Shown piece after piece: positions 1-8,968 of a stretch of 64,000 nt of DNA. The notes under the pieces were generated by a model. The model was not told the origin of the DNA. It saw only the letters and a list, made by a program, of their open reading frames with translations, and did not search any database. The stretch is from Planctomycetota bacterium (GTDB taxonomy: Bacteria > Planctomycetota > B15-G4): assembly GCA_038212275.1 (NCBI GenBank), contig JBBQUR010000007.1, forward strand, positions 160,440 through 224,439, read 5' to 3'. A program made the translations under genes and the position numbers. Position 1 is the stretch's first letter; each line of letters opens with the position of its first letter.

Positions 1-201
1 GGGTGTCTCGGTGATGCCGGGCGCCTCGCGATGACTGGAGAGCGGCGCCACCGGCGCAGGTGGCTGCGGGGCCGGAGCGCGTCCGGACGGTTCGGACGCG
101 CGGGCGGCCGGTGCGGGGGCCAGCAGCGCCAAGGTGACAAGGAAGCCTGCGGCGCAGGCGCTGGCGCACGTGGCAGGCACGGAAAACGGGGATGACGACA
201 T
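1..201 (-). CDS. 5' end of a secreted DUF4331-family protein (runs off the window edge)
   Basis: Not in the ORF track. ATG at 201 with GGAG 8 nt upstream reads MSSSPFSVPATCASACAAGFLVTLALLAPAPAARA...SSHREAPGITETP: a signal peptide followed by the SSHREAP motif that typically starts DUF4331 domains. Confidence 0.7.
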   Translation of the reverse strand, partial: MSSSPFSVPATCASACAAGFLVTLALLAPAPAARASEPSGRAPAPQPPAPVAPLSSHREAPGITETP

Positions 202-607
202 GGGTCGGGCTCCGGGAAATCGGGGGGGCGGAGTGCGGGAGTGCTGGCGCGCGCGCCCGGCGGCGTGCCTGCGTGCCAGGCTCTCGCCTTCACTACGCGG
301 CGCGGGCGGTCTCCGGATTCAGGCAGCAGAGGCAGGCGACTCCGCGCGACGGCCGGATCGGCGAAGCGCACGCGCGCGGCCCGAAGCGGAATGAGCCAGC
401 CGACTGTGCACGAAGGCGCGCACCACGTGCAGGCCGCCACGCCCATGACCCGCCTGAGCATCGGCATCGATCCCGGCGACCGACTCAGCCCGCTGTGCCG
501 GTCGCCGAGATCGATTAGCCTCTCCGACGCACCGGCACCCGGGCCGCTCCCGAAGCTGCGGCCCCGGGCATTCGATCCTCCCTCCCCATCCGTCTCGGAG
601 TTGCCCC

Positions 608-2029
608 ATGTCCTTGAACAAGATCCTCAATGGCCTGGCCATGGCCACGGCGCTCGCCTGGGCGACACCCGCGAGCGCCCAGAAGCTCGTCGTGCTTCCC
701 GGCGACGCTTGGGCCGTGGACGTGACGCCCGACGGCAACGTGGTCGTCGGCACAGCCAACAATTTCCAGACCATCAAGGACGGATTCATCTGGCGCTGGC
801 GGGAAGAGCCCGCGCCCACGATCATCCCCGGTGGCGACATGGTGGCCGTCTCGGACGACGGCACCGTGGTGGCCGGCAACATCTTCGATGCGAGCATCGG
901 TCACATGGTCGCCGCGCGCTGGACCGCGGCCACGGGCTGGCAGTCCCTCGGCTGGCTGCCCGACGCGCTGAACTGCACCGACCCGATCGACCCAAGCGCG
1001 GCCTACGACATCTCCGGCGACGGCACGACCATCGTGGGCCTGTCCTGGGCCACCGGTTGCAACGCGCGCGGCTTCCGTTGGACGGCGGCCACGGGCATGC
1101 AGGAGCTTCAGAAATTGACGACCGGCAGCAACCGCTGCTCCGCAATCTCCGGCGATGGATCGACGATGGGCGGATTCGCCTTCGGCGGCTTCTCCGGCCG
1201 TACACCCGCCTACTGGGCAGCGAATACCTCGGGTGCGGTGATCGACTCGACCCTGTCTGGTGAGGTCCACGGCCTCAGCGAGAACGGCAACCTCTCCGTC
1301 GGGACCATGTACTTCAGCGGCCCGGCCTTCAGCGCTTTCATCCGCAATGCGCAGACCGGCGCGATCACGAACCTCGGCCATCTCAATCCCACCTGGGCCG
1401 GAAAGGCCTGGGACATCAGCGAGGACGGCAAGACCGTCGTCGGTTTCGACCTCTATGGCGGTGCGCGCCAGGCCTGGGTCTGGACCGCCAGCGACGGCAT
1501 CATCTCGATGAAAAACCGTCTGACCAACGCGGGCGTCACAAACATCCCCGACCTCTGGACCTGCCTGGCCTGCAGCGATGACGGCAACGTGGTCGTGGGC
1601 GGGGGCGTGAACACCACGGACGTCATCGGCTACATCGCCGAGTTCTCGTCGCCGCAGCCGCAGTGGACGAAGCTCGGCAATGCGCTGGCCGGCTCCGTCG
1701 GCCTGCCCAAGCTCAACGGCACCGGGGCCCTCACTGCCGGAACGCCGACCGCAGTGACCATCTCCAACGCCAAGGCCAACACCCCGGCACTGCTCTACAT
1801 CGGCTTCAGCGCCATGAATGCGCCCTTCAAGCAGGGCGTTCTGGTCCCGAGCGTCGACCTCGATCCCATCGGCTTGTTCCTTCCCGGTAGCGGATCGGCT
1901 GCGTTCCAGTTCACCTGGCCCGCGGGTGTGCCCGCCGGCTTCGATACCTATTGGCAAGTCTGGATCAAGGACTCGGCTGGTCCCGCGGGTTTGGCCGCGA
2001 CCAACGCGCTCAAGAGCACGGCACAGTAA
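608..2029 (+). CDS. Secreted HAF-like extracellular repeat (beta-propeller) protein with conserved C-terminal domain
   Basis: Signal peptide ending ASA; repeats AVDVTPDGNVVVG, AVSDDGTVVAG, AYDISGDGTTIVG, AISGDGSTMGG, DISEDGKTVVG; C-terminal WTKLGNALAG...WPAG...ATNAL domain; GGAG SD upstream. Confidence 0.8.
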   Translation: MSLNKILNGLAMATALAWATPASAQKLVVLPGDAWAVDVTPDGNVVVGTANNFQTIKDGFIWRWREEPAPTIIPGGDMVAVSDDGTVVAGNIFDASIGHMVAARWTAATGWQSLGWLPDALNCTDPIDPSAAYDISGDGTTIVGLSWATGCNARGFRWTAATGMQELQKLTTGSNRCSAISGDGSTMGGFAFGGFSGRTPAYWAANTSGAVIDSTLSGEVHGLSENGNLSVGTMYFSGPAFSAFIRNAQTGAITNLGHLNPTWAGKAWDISEDGKTVVGFDLYGGARQAWVWTASDGIISMKNRLTNAGVTNIPDLWTCLACSDDGNVVVGGGVNTTDVIGYIAEFSSPQPQWTKLGNALAGSVGLPKLNGTGALTAGTPTAVTISNAKANTPALLYIGFSAMNAPFKQGVLVPSVDLDPIGLFLPGSGSAAFQFTWPAGVPAGFDTYWQVWIKDSAGPAGLAATNALKSTAQ

Positions 2030-2149
2030 CCGCTGCCGCGCACGTCCTGTCCCGGAGTCCGGCAGCGGACTCCTTCAACCCCGGGCGCGTCGTCACGGAC
2101 GACGCGCCCGGCTGCGTTGACGCGCCGCCCGATTCCAGGATCGGAGATC

Positions 2150-2380
2150 ACGCGCTGCCCGACCGCCGCGATCCTGCTGCGGTGATTCCTTCCCTGACGT
2201 CGTCAAAGCCGTCGCGGTCGAGATCGCCTGCGCCATCGCCGTCCGTGTCGCCGACACCCGCAACCGAGTCGCCGAACCAGCCGTTGGGCTCACTGCCCTC
2301 GACGCGGTGGATGATCGAAGCGTCGAGGCCCGAGCGTAGTCAGGCCACTCCCGAGAACGTGGCCTTGCCGGCCTCGCCTG
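2150..2380 (-). pseudogene. Degraded FG-GAP/integrin-alpha repeat fragment
   Basis: Minus strand reads GSEPNGWFGDSVAGVGDTDGDGAGDLDRDGFDDV, bounded by stop codons and with no start context. Confidence 0.55.
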
Positions 2381-2446
2381 GAGCGCAGACCCGGGTCCGC
2401 TCACGTCCCCGGCGACACTCGGTCAGGCTCCAGCTCACCTCGCTTT

Positions 2447-2830
2447 TCACCACTCATATCCCGGCGGCGGCCGCGCCGGGTGCCGCACCGGCAAGGCAGT
2501 CGGCAGCCCCAGCGAAATGAGAATCGCTGCCACCACCGCCGCCTGCGTGATCGCCGCCAGGATCACGCGCCGCCCGCCGCAGCCCTCGCAGTGCAGCACG
2601 TCCACGGTGAAGACGCGCTTCCTCAGCGCGGCCCACGGGTAGCGGCGCGCGTGCGGGGCGGCGCAGGGACCACCGCGTCCTTCCTGCCCAGAGCGTAGAG
2701 GCCGCCTCGGGCGCGCCGACCTCCCAGCCCCCGGCACGATCGCCGACCGCAGCGCCGAGGCCGGCTCCAGCACGCCGTGATACGTCAGCAGGTGCGCGCG
2801 CGGCGGAGGCACCAGCGCCGCAAGCTCTGT
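2447..2830 (-). mobile_element. C-terminal remnant of an IS91/ISCR-family (rolling-circle, Y2) transposase
   Basis: LAALVPPPRAHLLTYHGVL...WAALRKRVFTVDVLHCEGCGGRRVILAAIT...ILISLGLP matches the IS91-family C-terminus (YHGV motif, CxxC). The N-terminal part is absent. Confidence 0.75.
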
Positions 2831-3020
2831 CTCGAACCGATTTACACATCTCCCGACCCGCTCGTGGGCCTCATGCTGCACTGTCGATGAACTTCTGTCT
2901 CCCCATTGGAAGACGCTTGAGCGAGCCGTGCGCAAGTTTTGGAGAAACAAGGACTCCGGATGACCCACAGAGCATGCTGGTCCACGGCATCAGGGCGCGG
3001 CGGGCGTGCGCCTCGCTGCC

Positions 3021-3833
3021 TCAGGGCTGCAGCGCTCCCGCAGGCGCGTTCAGCCCCCAGTCGTAGGGGCGATAGCGCACCGGCGCGCCGACGGGCAGCT
3101 TGAGGTCCGGTGCCTGCGTGGCGATCCAGCGCACCGGGTCCGGCGGGAAGTCCTCCGCGTACCACTCGAAGATCTGCGAGAGCACGATCACGCCGTCGTC
3201 CACGTCCACGTTGCTCGGCTCGTGCAGGAAGCGGCTCGTCTGCGCCGCGAGCTGCTGCTGCAGCGCCACGCCGGTGTACGGCACGCGCGCCAGCACCGGA
3301 CAACTGAGGCTCCCGCAGTTCAACTGCATGTGGACGCGCGGATCGTGGAAGCGCCCGCGGATCACGTCGTTCTCGAGGTCGTACAGGTTGATCTCCGAAC
3401 CATCGAGCTGGAAACAAGTGAACCAGAAGAAGTCGTATTTGTGGTCGGCGACGGACTCCAGCCGCGGCCGGCTCAGCACGTTGAAGAGCACGAGAGCGTT
3501 GTAGGCGTTGAGGTAATACGCGAGGCGGTCGTCGTTGGTCGGGTAGCGCTCGGGCGTGGTGACCGGCCCGGTCAGCGCGAGCCGCGCGACGCAGCGCTCG
3601 AGCGGTGCCCGGCGGCCGGCGAGCGCCGCGTAATCGACCCGTCCGTCTTCACCCACGTCGGCAGCGAGCAGCGCGCGCCAGTCCGAATCGTCGGTGGCAT
3701 CGCCTTCCGCCGGCGGCTGCCGGGCGAGGCGCTCCTTCTCCTGCGCCAACACGCCGGCCGGCGCCGTCAGCGTCGTGTAGCAGCCGGTGCCGGACGCGGC
3801 GCACAGCAGTGCCAGAGTGAACAGGCTTCGCAT
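3021..3833 (-). CDS. DUF547-domain exported protein (probable lipoprotein)
   Basis: Signal peptide with GC lipobox-like end; DGRVDY, LAYYLNAYN, DPRVHMQLNCGSLSCP, LSQIFEWYAEDF and YDWGLN are DUF547 hallmarks. Confidence 0.85.
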   Translation of the reverse strand: MRSLFTLALLCAASGTGCYTTLTAPAGVLAQEKERLARQPPAEGDATDDSDWRALLAADVGEDGRVDYAALAGRRAPLERCVARLALTGPVTTPERYPTNDDRLAYYLNAYNALVLFNVLSRPRLESVADHKYDFFWFTCFQLDGSEINLYDLENDVIRGRFHDPRVHMQLNCGSLSCPVLARVPYTGVALQQQLAAQTSRFLHEPSNVDVDDGVIVLSQIFEWYAEDFPPDPVRWIATQAPDLKLPVGAPVRYRPYDWGLNAPAGALQP

Positions 3834-5317
3834 CAGGCCTCCGTCGCGACTCGCGCGCGCAGCTGCTGGTTGGCGGATGGGCGGACGGGCACGCTCGCGT
3901 CAGGGTCGGGCGAACTCGCAGCGTGCGCACGCCGCTGCTGCGCGAGGCTGGCGGCGCGGCGCCGCCCCGTCGCGTTGAAGGCGCACATCGAGACCAACTC
4001 GCCGTCGACCGGCACGCGGAACGTGCACGCGGCGAGGCGCTCGCGCCCGCGCTCCGTGGCCAGCTCATCGGCATCCATGAAGCGGTGTACCACGATCGTC
4101 AACGGGCGCGCCGACCATGCGCGGCGCGTCAGCATCGCGCCCAGCAGTCGCAGGGTCAGGGCGCGCTCGCTCCAGAGCCGGCAGGCCGCGTAGGCCGGCA
4201 GGTCGAGCAGCAGCCGCGGATGGCGCACGAGCCGGCCGCAGAGCCGCGCCAGCGAGACGGCGCGCCGCTCTCCGATCGGGTTGTAACCCGCGAGTCCGCC
4301 GAGCAGCACGCGCTCGATGAACCAGCGGTCGAGGCGCGAGCCCGCGCGCAGCCCCTCGACAACGTGCTGCCGGCCGGCCAGCGTGACGACCAGCAGCGGC
4401 GTGATACTCGTGCAGTCGGCGTGACCGAAGGGCACCGCGCGCGGATCGAGACGGCGACCGATGCCGGCCTCGATGGCCGCCCACAGCGCGTCCGTCTCGG
4501 GCTGCGGCCCTGGCGTCCCGGTGGTGCCCGGCGAGTCGAGGGGTGCCGCGGCGCGGGCAAGCGTCTGGAGGACGCGCGTGCGCCCGACCTGCGCCACGGG
4601 CTGGAAACTGGCCATGCGGTAGACGTCGGCATTCGCGAGCAGCCAGCGCAGCACGTCCGGGACGTCGCCGAGGTTGTCTGGCGTCACGGTGAGCGTGTGC
4701 GCCGCCTGGAGCGGCACGCCGGTGACCGCCCGCGTCCGTCGGAGCAATGCCGCGAACTCCTCGCGCAGCGGATTCAGATCGGCCTCGCGCTGTCCGCGCC
4801 GGAGCCCGCGTCGCCCGTGCTGCGTCGTGTCGATGTGCGTGGCCATCCGTGTCAACCCGCCCTCGCGCACCAAGCGCTCCAGGTACGCGGGGTCGTCGCG
4901 CAGCACCTCGCCATTGGTCATGAGCATCGGGTTGAGCTGCACCGCGCGGCAGTAATGCAGCAGGCGCAGGACGTCCTGCACGGGCAGCAGCGTGAGCTCG
5001 CCGGCCGTGAGCTGCACGTTGCCCCACGGCCCGAGGTGCGCGCGCAGCGCGTCGAGTTGCTCACGCACCTCCGGCCACGGGAGCGGCGGCGTGTCGTTGG
5101 CCTCGGTCCCGAGGTAGCAGGCCGCGCACGTGAACTGGCAGCGCTCCTGCACGCCCCACGTGGCCCCGCAGCCAGCCGTGTGCCGGCCGATGAACTGCCC
5201 GGGTTCTTCCCGCACGCCGGCGGGAAGGTGTGCAGCAGCGGCGGCCACGGCCTCGCGCTCGCCCGGCAGTGCGGGCTCTCTCAGCGCGTGAAGGACTTGG
5301 CGCAACCGGGCGAACAT
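3833..5317 (-). CDS. Radical SAM protein
   Basis: CQFTCAAC (CxxxCxxC), QLTAGE, MTNG; extra C-terminal Cys (HADC; ACTFRVPVDGELVSMCAFN). Start taken at MFARL (5317); stop overlaps the DUF547 start. Confidence 0.85.
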   Translation of the reverse strand: MFARLRQVLHALREPALPGEREAVAAAAAHLPAGVREEPGQFIGRHTAGCGATWGVQERCQFTCAACYLGTEANDTPPLPWPEVREQLDALRAHLGPWGNVQLTAGELTLLPVQDVLRLLHYCRAVQLNPMLMTNGEVLRDDPAYLERLVREGGLTRMATHIDTTQHGRRGLRRGQREADLNPLREEFAALLRRTRAVTGVPLQAAHTLTVTPDNLGDVPDVLRWLLANADVYRMASFQPVAQVGRTRVLQTLARAAAPLDSPGTTGTPGPQPETDALWAAIEAGIGRRLDPRAVPFGHADCTSITPLLVVTLAGRQHVVEGLRAGSRLDRWFIERVLLGGLAGYNPIGERRAVSLARLCGRLVRHPRLLLDLPAYAACRLWSERALTLRLLGAMLTRRAWSARPLTIVVHRFMDADELATERGRERLAACTFRVPVDGELVSMCAFNATGRRRAASLAQQRRAHAASSPDPDASVPVRPSANQQLRARVATEA

Positions 5318-5486
5318 CAGTTGAGGACAGCTCCGCGCGAGACCATACCCAAGCGAGCGCGCGTTGTCCCCACCGGTCCGCCGAATGTGCCCCGCGTCGC
5401 ACGGACCGAGCGTGGCATCCGCCCTCACCCCGCTCCCACCACCGCAAAGGGTTCACCAGAACTCGTCCGATACGCGAAACCTCGGT

Positions 5487-7200
5487 TCACGGCACAGCCG
5501 CGCGAAGCGCGTTGCTGATCGCGAAGCCGCACACTGCTGCCGTGTCGGGAACAACGCACTGGAAGTAGATGCAGAGTCCTGAGGCGCCTGCGGGCCACGA
5601 TGACCAGAGAATCGCGGCTGATCCCGTGCTGGTGGCGATGATGAGGGGGCTGTTCGGCAGGCCGGAAAACGAAGGCACCAAGGTGCCGCACTTGAAGGGC
5701 GTCAGCGTGCTGCCGGTCGAGGCGAACAGCAGCGAGAGCGGCGCAGAAGCTGCATGGGTCAGCTGGATCGAGCCGGCCGAGCCCGCGGTGAGCGGCCCCG
5801 TGCCGGCGAGCAACGGTGAGCCGTTCACGCCGGGGAGGGCATGTCCGAGATCCGTCCACACCGACATCGCTGCGGGTGGCACGCTGGCGATCGTGTCCTG
5901 GATCCAGGTCTGGTGCGCCGACACGCGGGTGAAGATGGTCGGATAGGTCGTCGAAGGCGCTCCCTGATCCAAAGCGTGGAACGACGCCATGCCGACCAGC
6001 GCGGGGGCCCCCGACTCGATGGCGAACAGCGGGCCCTTCACGTCGGCGCACGTCAGGTCCGTCACGCCGATGTGCTCGTCAGAGATGGCCACTCCTGCCT
6101 GACCAGTAGGAGGCAGCCTCGGCATTGGAGACAGCGGTGCCGACCTCGACAGAGAGCAATGGAGCGGGCACCGTGTACCACGGCATGGTCAGCGTCTCGC
6201 CGACGTGGTTGTTCAGCGGGTCGCCCAGTGAGGCAACGGGCGCGGACGTCGGCAAGCCGAGTCCGAGCAGGGCAAGATTGCCGGTCGCCGGGTCCGTGGC
6301 GTCAAACGGAAATGGATCCGGTGGCAACGAGAACGCGATGCTCGTGACCGGAATACACGAGTTGCCGTCGAAGACGACCAGGTCGGAGGCCACCATCCCG
6401 TCCACGTCGAGGCCCACGGCAAGCACCCAGCGCTCATCGATCACGACGCCGTTGGTGATGAATCCCGAACTGGTGGCGGTGGCAGGACGCACCTGGACGA
6501 CGGAAGGCCAGAACGCCGGCGGATAGGTCGGGAGTGAGCTGACACACGCACCGGTCTTGCCCGTATTGAGCAGGACGGTGAGCTTGGCGTAGAGCGAAGT
6601 TGCCACGAGATCGAGGCAGCCGTCTCCGTTCAGGTCACCGACGGCCACCGATTTGGATTGGGCATTCGTGCCGATGCCGAACTTCTTCATGGCCTCGAAA
6701 CTTCCGGTGCCCTTTCCGGGCAGCACGGAGGCGCCGCCCGAGAAGTTTCCCGTCACGATGTCGAGGTTGCCGTCGCCGTCCATGTCGCCCAGCGTCACCG
6801 AAAGCGGCGTGTCGCCGACGCTGACGGTCGACATGGGCCCGAAGTTTCCCGTACCCGTTCCAAGCAGGACGGCAACTCCCTGGGCGAACAGGTAGTTCGT
6901 CGCCACGACGTCAAGGTGTCCGTCGCCGTTCAGATCGCCGAGCGCAACCGAGCGGGGATACAGGCCGGCGTCGAACGTGGCGAGCGATCCGAATCCGCCC
7001 GTGCCTGTGCCAAGCAGGACGGAGATGCTGCTCGCCGCGTCGTTCCCCGTCACGGCGTCGAGCACTCCGTCTTCATCGAGATCTCCCAATGCCATGGAGA
7101 ACGCGCTGGCGCCGACACTCGCGTTCATCGCCGGCCCGAAGCTCCCCGTTCCCGTGCCAAGCAGCGCACTGATGTCGTTCGAGAGGAGGTTCGCCGCCGT
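5487..7200 (-). pseudogene. Disrupted secreted protein: FG-GAP repeats + trypsin-like pseudo-protease + conserved C-terminal domain (frameshift near 6095, 5' end missing)
   Basis: ORF 6079..7128 has GDLDEDG/GDLNGDG/GDMDGDG repeats then trypsin-like IDERWVLA and NLALLGL. ORF 5487..6125 continues in another frame with CADVKGPLF, IFTRVSAHQTWI and WTDLGHAL...NAL. The repeat pattern extends upstream to about 7200 (TAANLLSNDISALLGTGTGSFG) and stops without a signal peptide. Confidence 0.75.
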
Positions 7201-7300
7201 ACGCGTCGTGCGCGATCACGTGCAGGCCCAGCGGCTCCAGCGACGTGACCTGCCCCGCCAGCACCTTCTGCGCGGACATCTGCTCGGGCGGCGCGGCGGC

Positions 7301-7623
7301 GAGGAGTTCAGCCGTGTCATGCAGGCGATCGCCGTGAAGAAACTCCGCACGGCATACCGCTCGCCCTGGATGAATTGCTTCGTCGAGCGCGTGATCGCGA
7401 CGGTACGGCGCGACTGCACCGACTACGTCGTCGCGCTCAACGCCCGGCATCTGGAGCGCATGGTCCGCGAGTACGTCGAGCAGTACTACAACCCCGCCCG
7501 GCCGCACATGAACCTCGATGGCAACTCCCCGATCCCGCGGACGCGCGGGACGGCGCCCGCCGATGAGATCGTCGCGACGCGCGTTCTCGGTGGACTTCAT
7601 CACACATGCCGCCGTGCGGCGTG
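7301..7623 (+). mobile_element. Integrase-core (rve-type DDE) transposase C-terminal remnant
   Basis: RTAYRSPWMNCFVERVIATVRRDC...YYNPARPHMNLDGNSP...RVLGGLHHT: the typical SPxxNxxxER, YNxxRPH and LGGLHH motifs. Confidence 0.8.
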
Positions 7624-7821
7624 GTGTGAAGCGGCTTTCACACATCGCGGTGAGGCCCATGGTCCGTCCACGCGCGCATGTCTCACGTTCGCCAGCCTCA
7701 ACCGTGAATCCGGCACGCGAGTCGAGTGGCCTCTGGCCCGCCCCGCCGACTGTTGGTCGAGCCCGTTTCCACCGCGCGCGAGTTTTGAACCATCACGGCG
7801 TCGCGGTGCGACGCAGCGCGA

Positions 7822-7898
<77 letters not shown>

Positions 7899-7961
7899 GT
7901 CGAGCCTGCGCCCGTGCCCATGACGGTAACCTGCGACGTGCCGGGACGCAGCGGCCCGGCT

Positions 7962-8480
7962 TCAGCGCCGCTCGACCGCAGCCAGCACCTCGGCCCCCTG
8001 CTCGGCCGCGAGCACGAACCAGCGTTCCGCGAACTGCAGGCACGTCGTCTCGAAGAAGTCCTGCATCTCGTTCCAGGGCAACTCGTCCACCGGGAGGGTC
8101 ATGCGCTGCGTGGGCAGGTCCCGGTCGAAGGCCGTGGCATGGCAGGCGGCGCGCACCTGCCGGCGCTCCATGTCGATCTCGATCGAGAACTCGCATCGGC
8201 TGAAGGGGCGGTTGGCGCGACCGCGACGCTGCTCGGGATCAAGCGGCATGCAGAGGCCCAGCCTCCACGCTCCGGAATCCATGCGTCGGACCGGCCGCAG
8301 CGCCGGCAGCGTCTCGTGCAACGACTGCAGGCAACCGAGCAGCCGCTCCTGCACCTGATCCAGAATGGCCAGCGACTGCAGCGCTTCGCTGGTGTACGGC
8401 TCGTGGGAACGCTGCGCCTTCCGGGCAAGGCGCACGTCGCGCAGTTCCTTCATCCGGCGGGTCAGGTCCTCGGCAGACAT
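7962..8480 (-). CDS. Hypothetical protein
   Basis: ATG 8480 (MSAEDLTRR) with GGAG upstream; normal globular composition. Confidence 0.65.
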   Translation of the reverse strand: MSAEDLTRRMKELRDVRLARKAQRSHEPYTSEALQSLAILDQVQERLLGCLQSLHETLPALRPVRRMDSGAWRLGLCMPLDPEQRRGRANRPFSRCEFSIEIDMERRQVRAACHATAFDRDLPTQRMTLPVDELPWNEMQDFFETTCLQFAERWFVLAAEQGAEVLAAVERR

Positions 8481-8968
8481 TGCGGATCTCCGTATCGGGG
8501 GCGGTGGACATCCAGGAACGCGAGGACGCACGCCGGAATCCGCAACCTACAAAACACGGGGTTTCCGCAGGCGGAACCGCGTCCCGGGAGCTGGCGCGGA
8601 TCGAGCGCTCTCGTGCGCGTCCCGCCCGCCCTGAAGTCCTGAGAGTTCAGGGACATGCCGCGCAGCGTGAAAAAGAGGAGGCCATCGGCATGAGCCGATG
8701 GCCTCCTGGTCTCCTCGACGTGCCTGACGCAACGAGAACCGCCAGGCCCCACTCGCCACCTGGAAACCGGCGCTGCCCACTCGGAGGATGCGTGGACCGC
8801 GCTGAGCCAAGCCACCACAGCCCGGCTCACCCACTTACGCGACATGGGTCGCGAGAGTCCGCAGTGCAAGATGCGTTCACCGCGGAATGGATCGCGGCCG
8901 GCCTTGCACGGCTGGAGGCGTCGCAGCGTCGCTGGTCAGAGTGGAGCAGCGGTCGCTAGGATGCGCTC

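Noticed and set aside
2447..2968. Active IS91 element
   Set aside because: Only the C-terminal third of the transposase is present and I could not identify oriIS or terIS ends.
8690..8959. Small plus-strand ORF with a GAGGAG SD (MSRWPPG...)
   Set aside because: Pro/Arg-rich with no recognisable motif; I cannot distinguish it from non-coding sequence.
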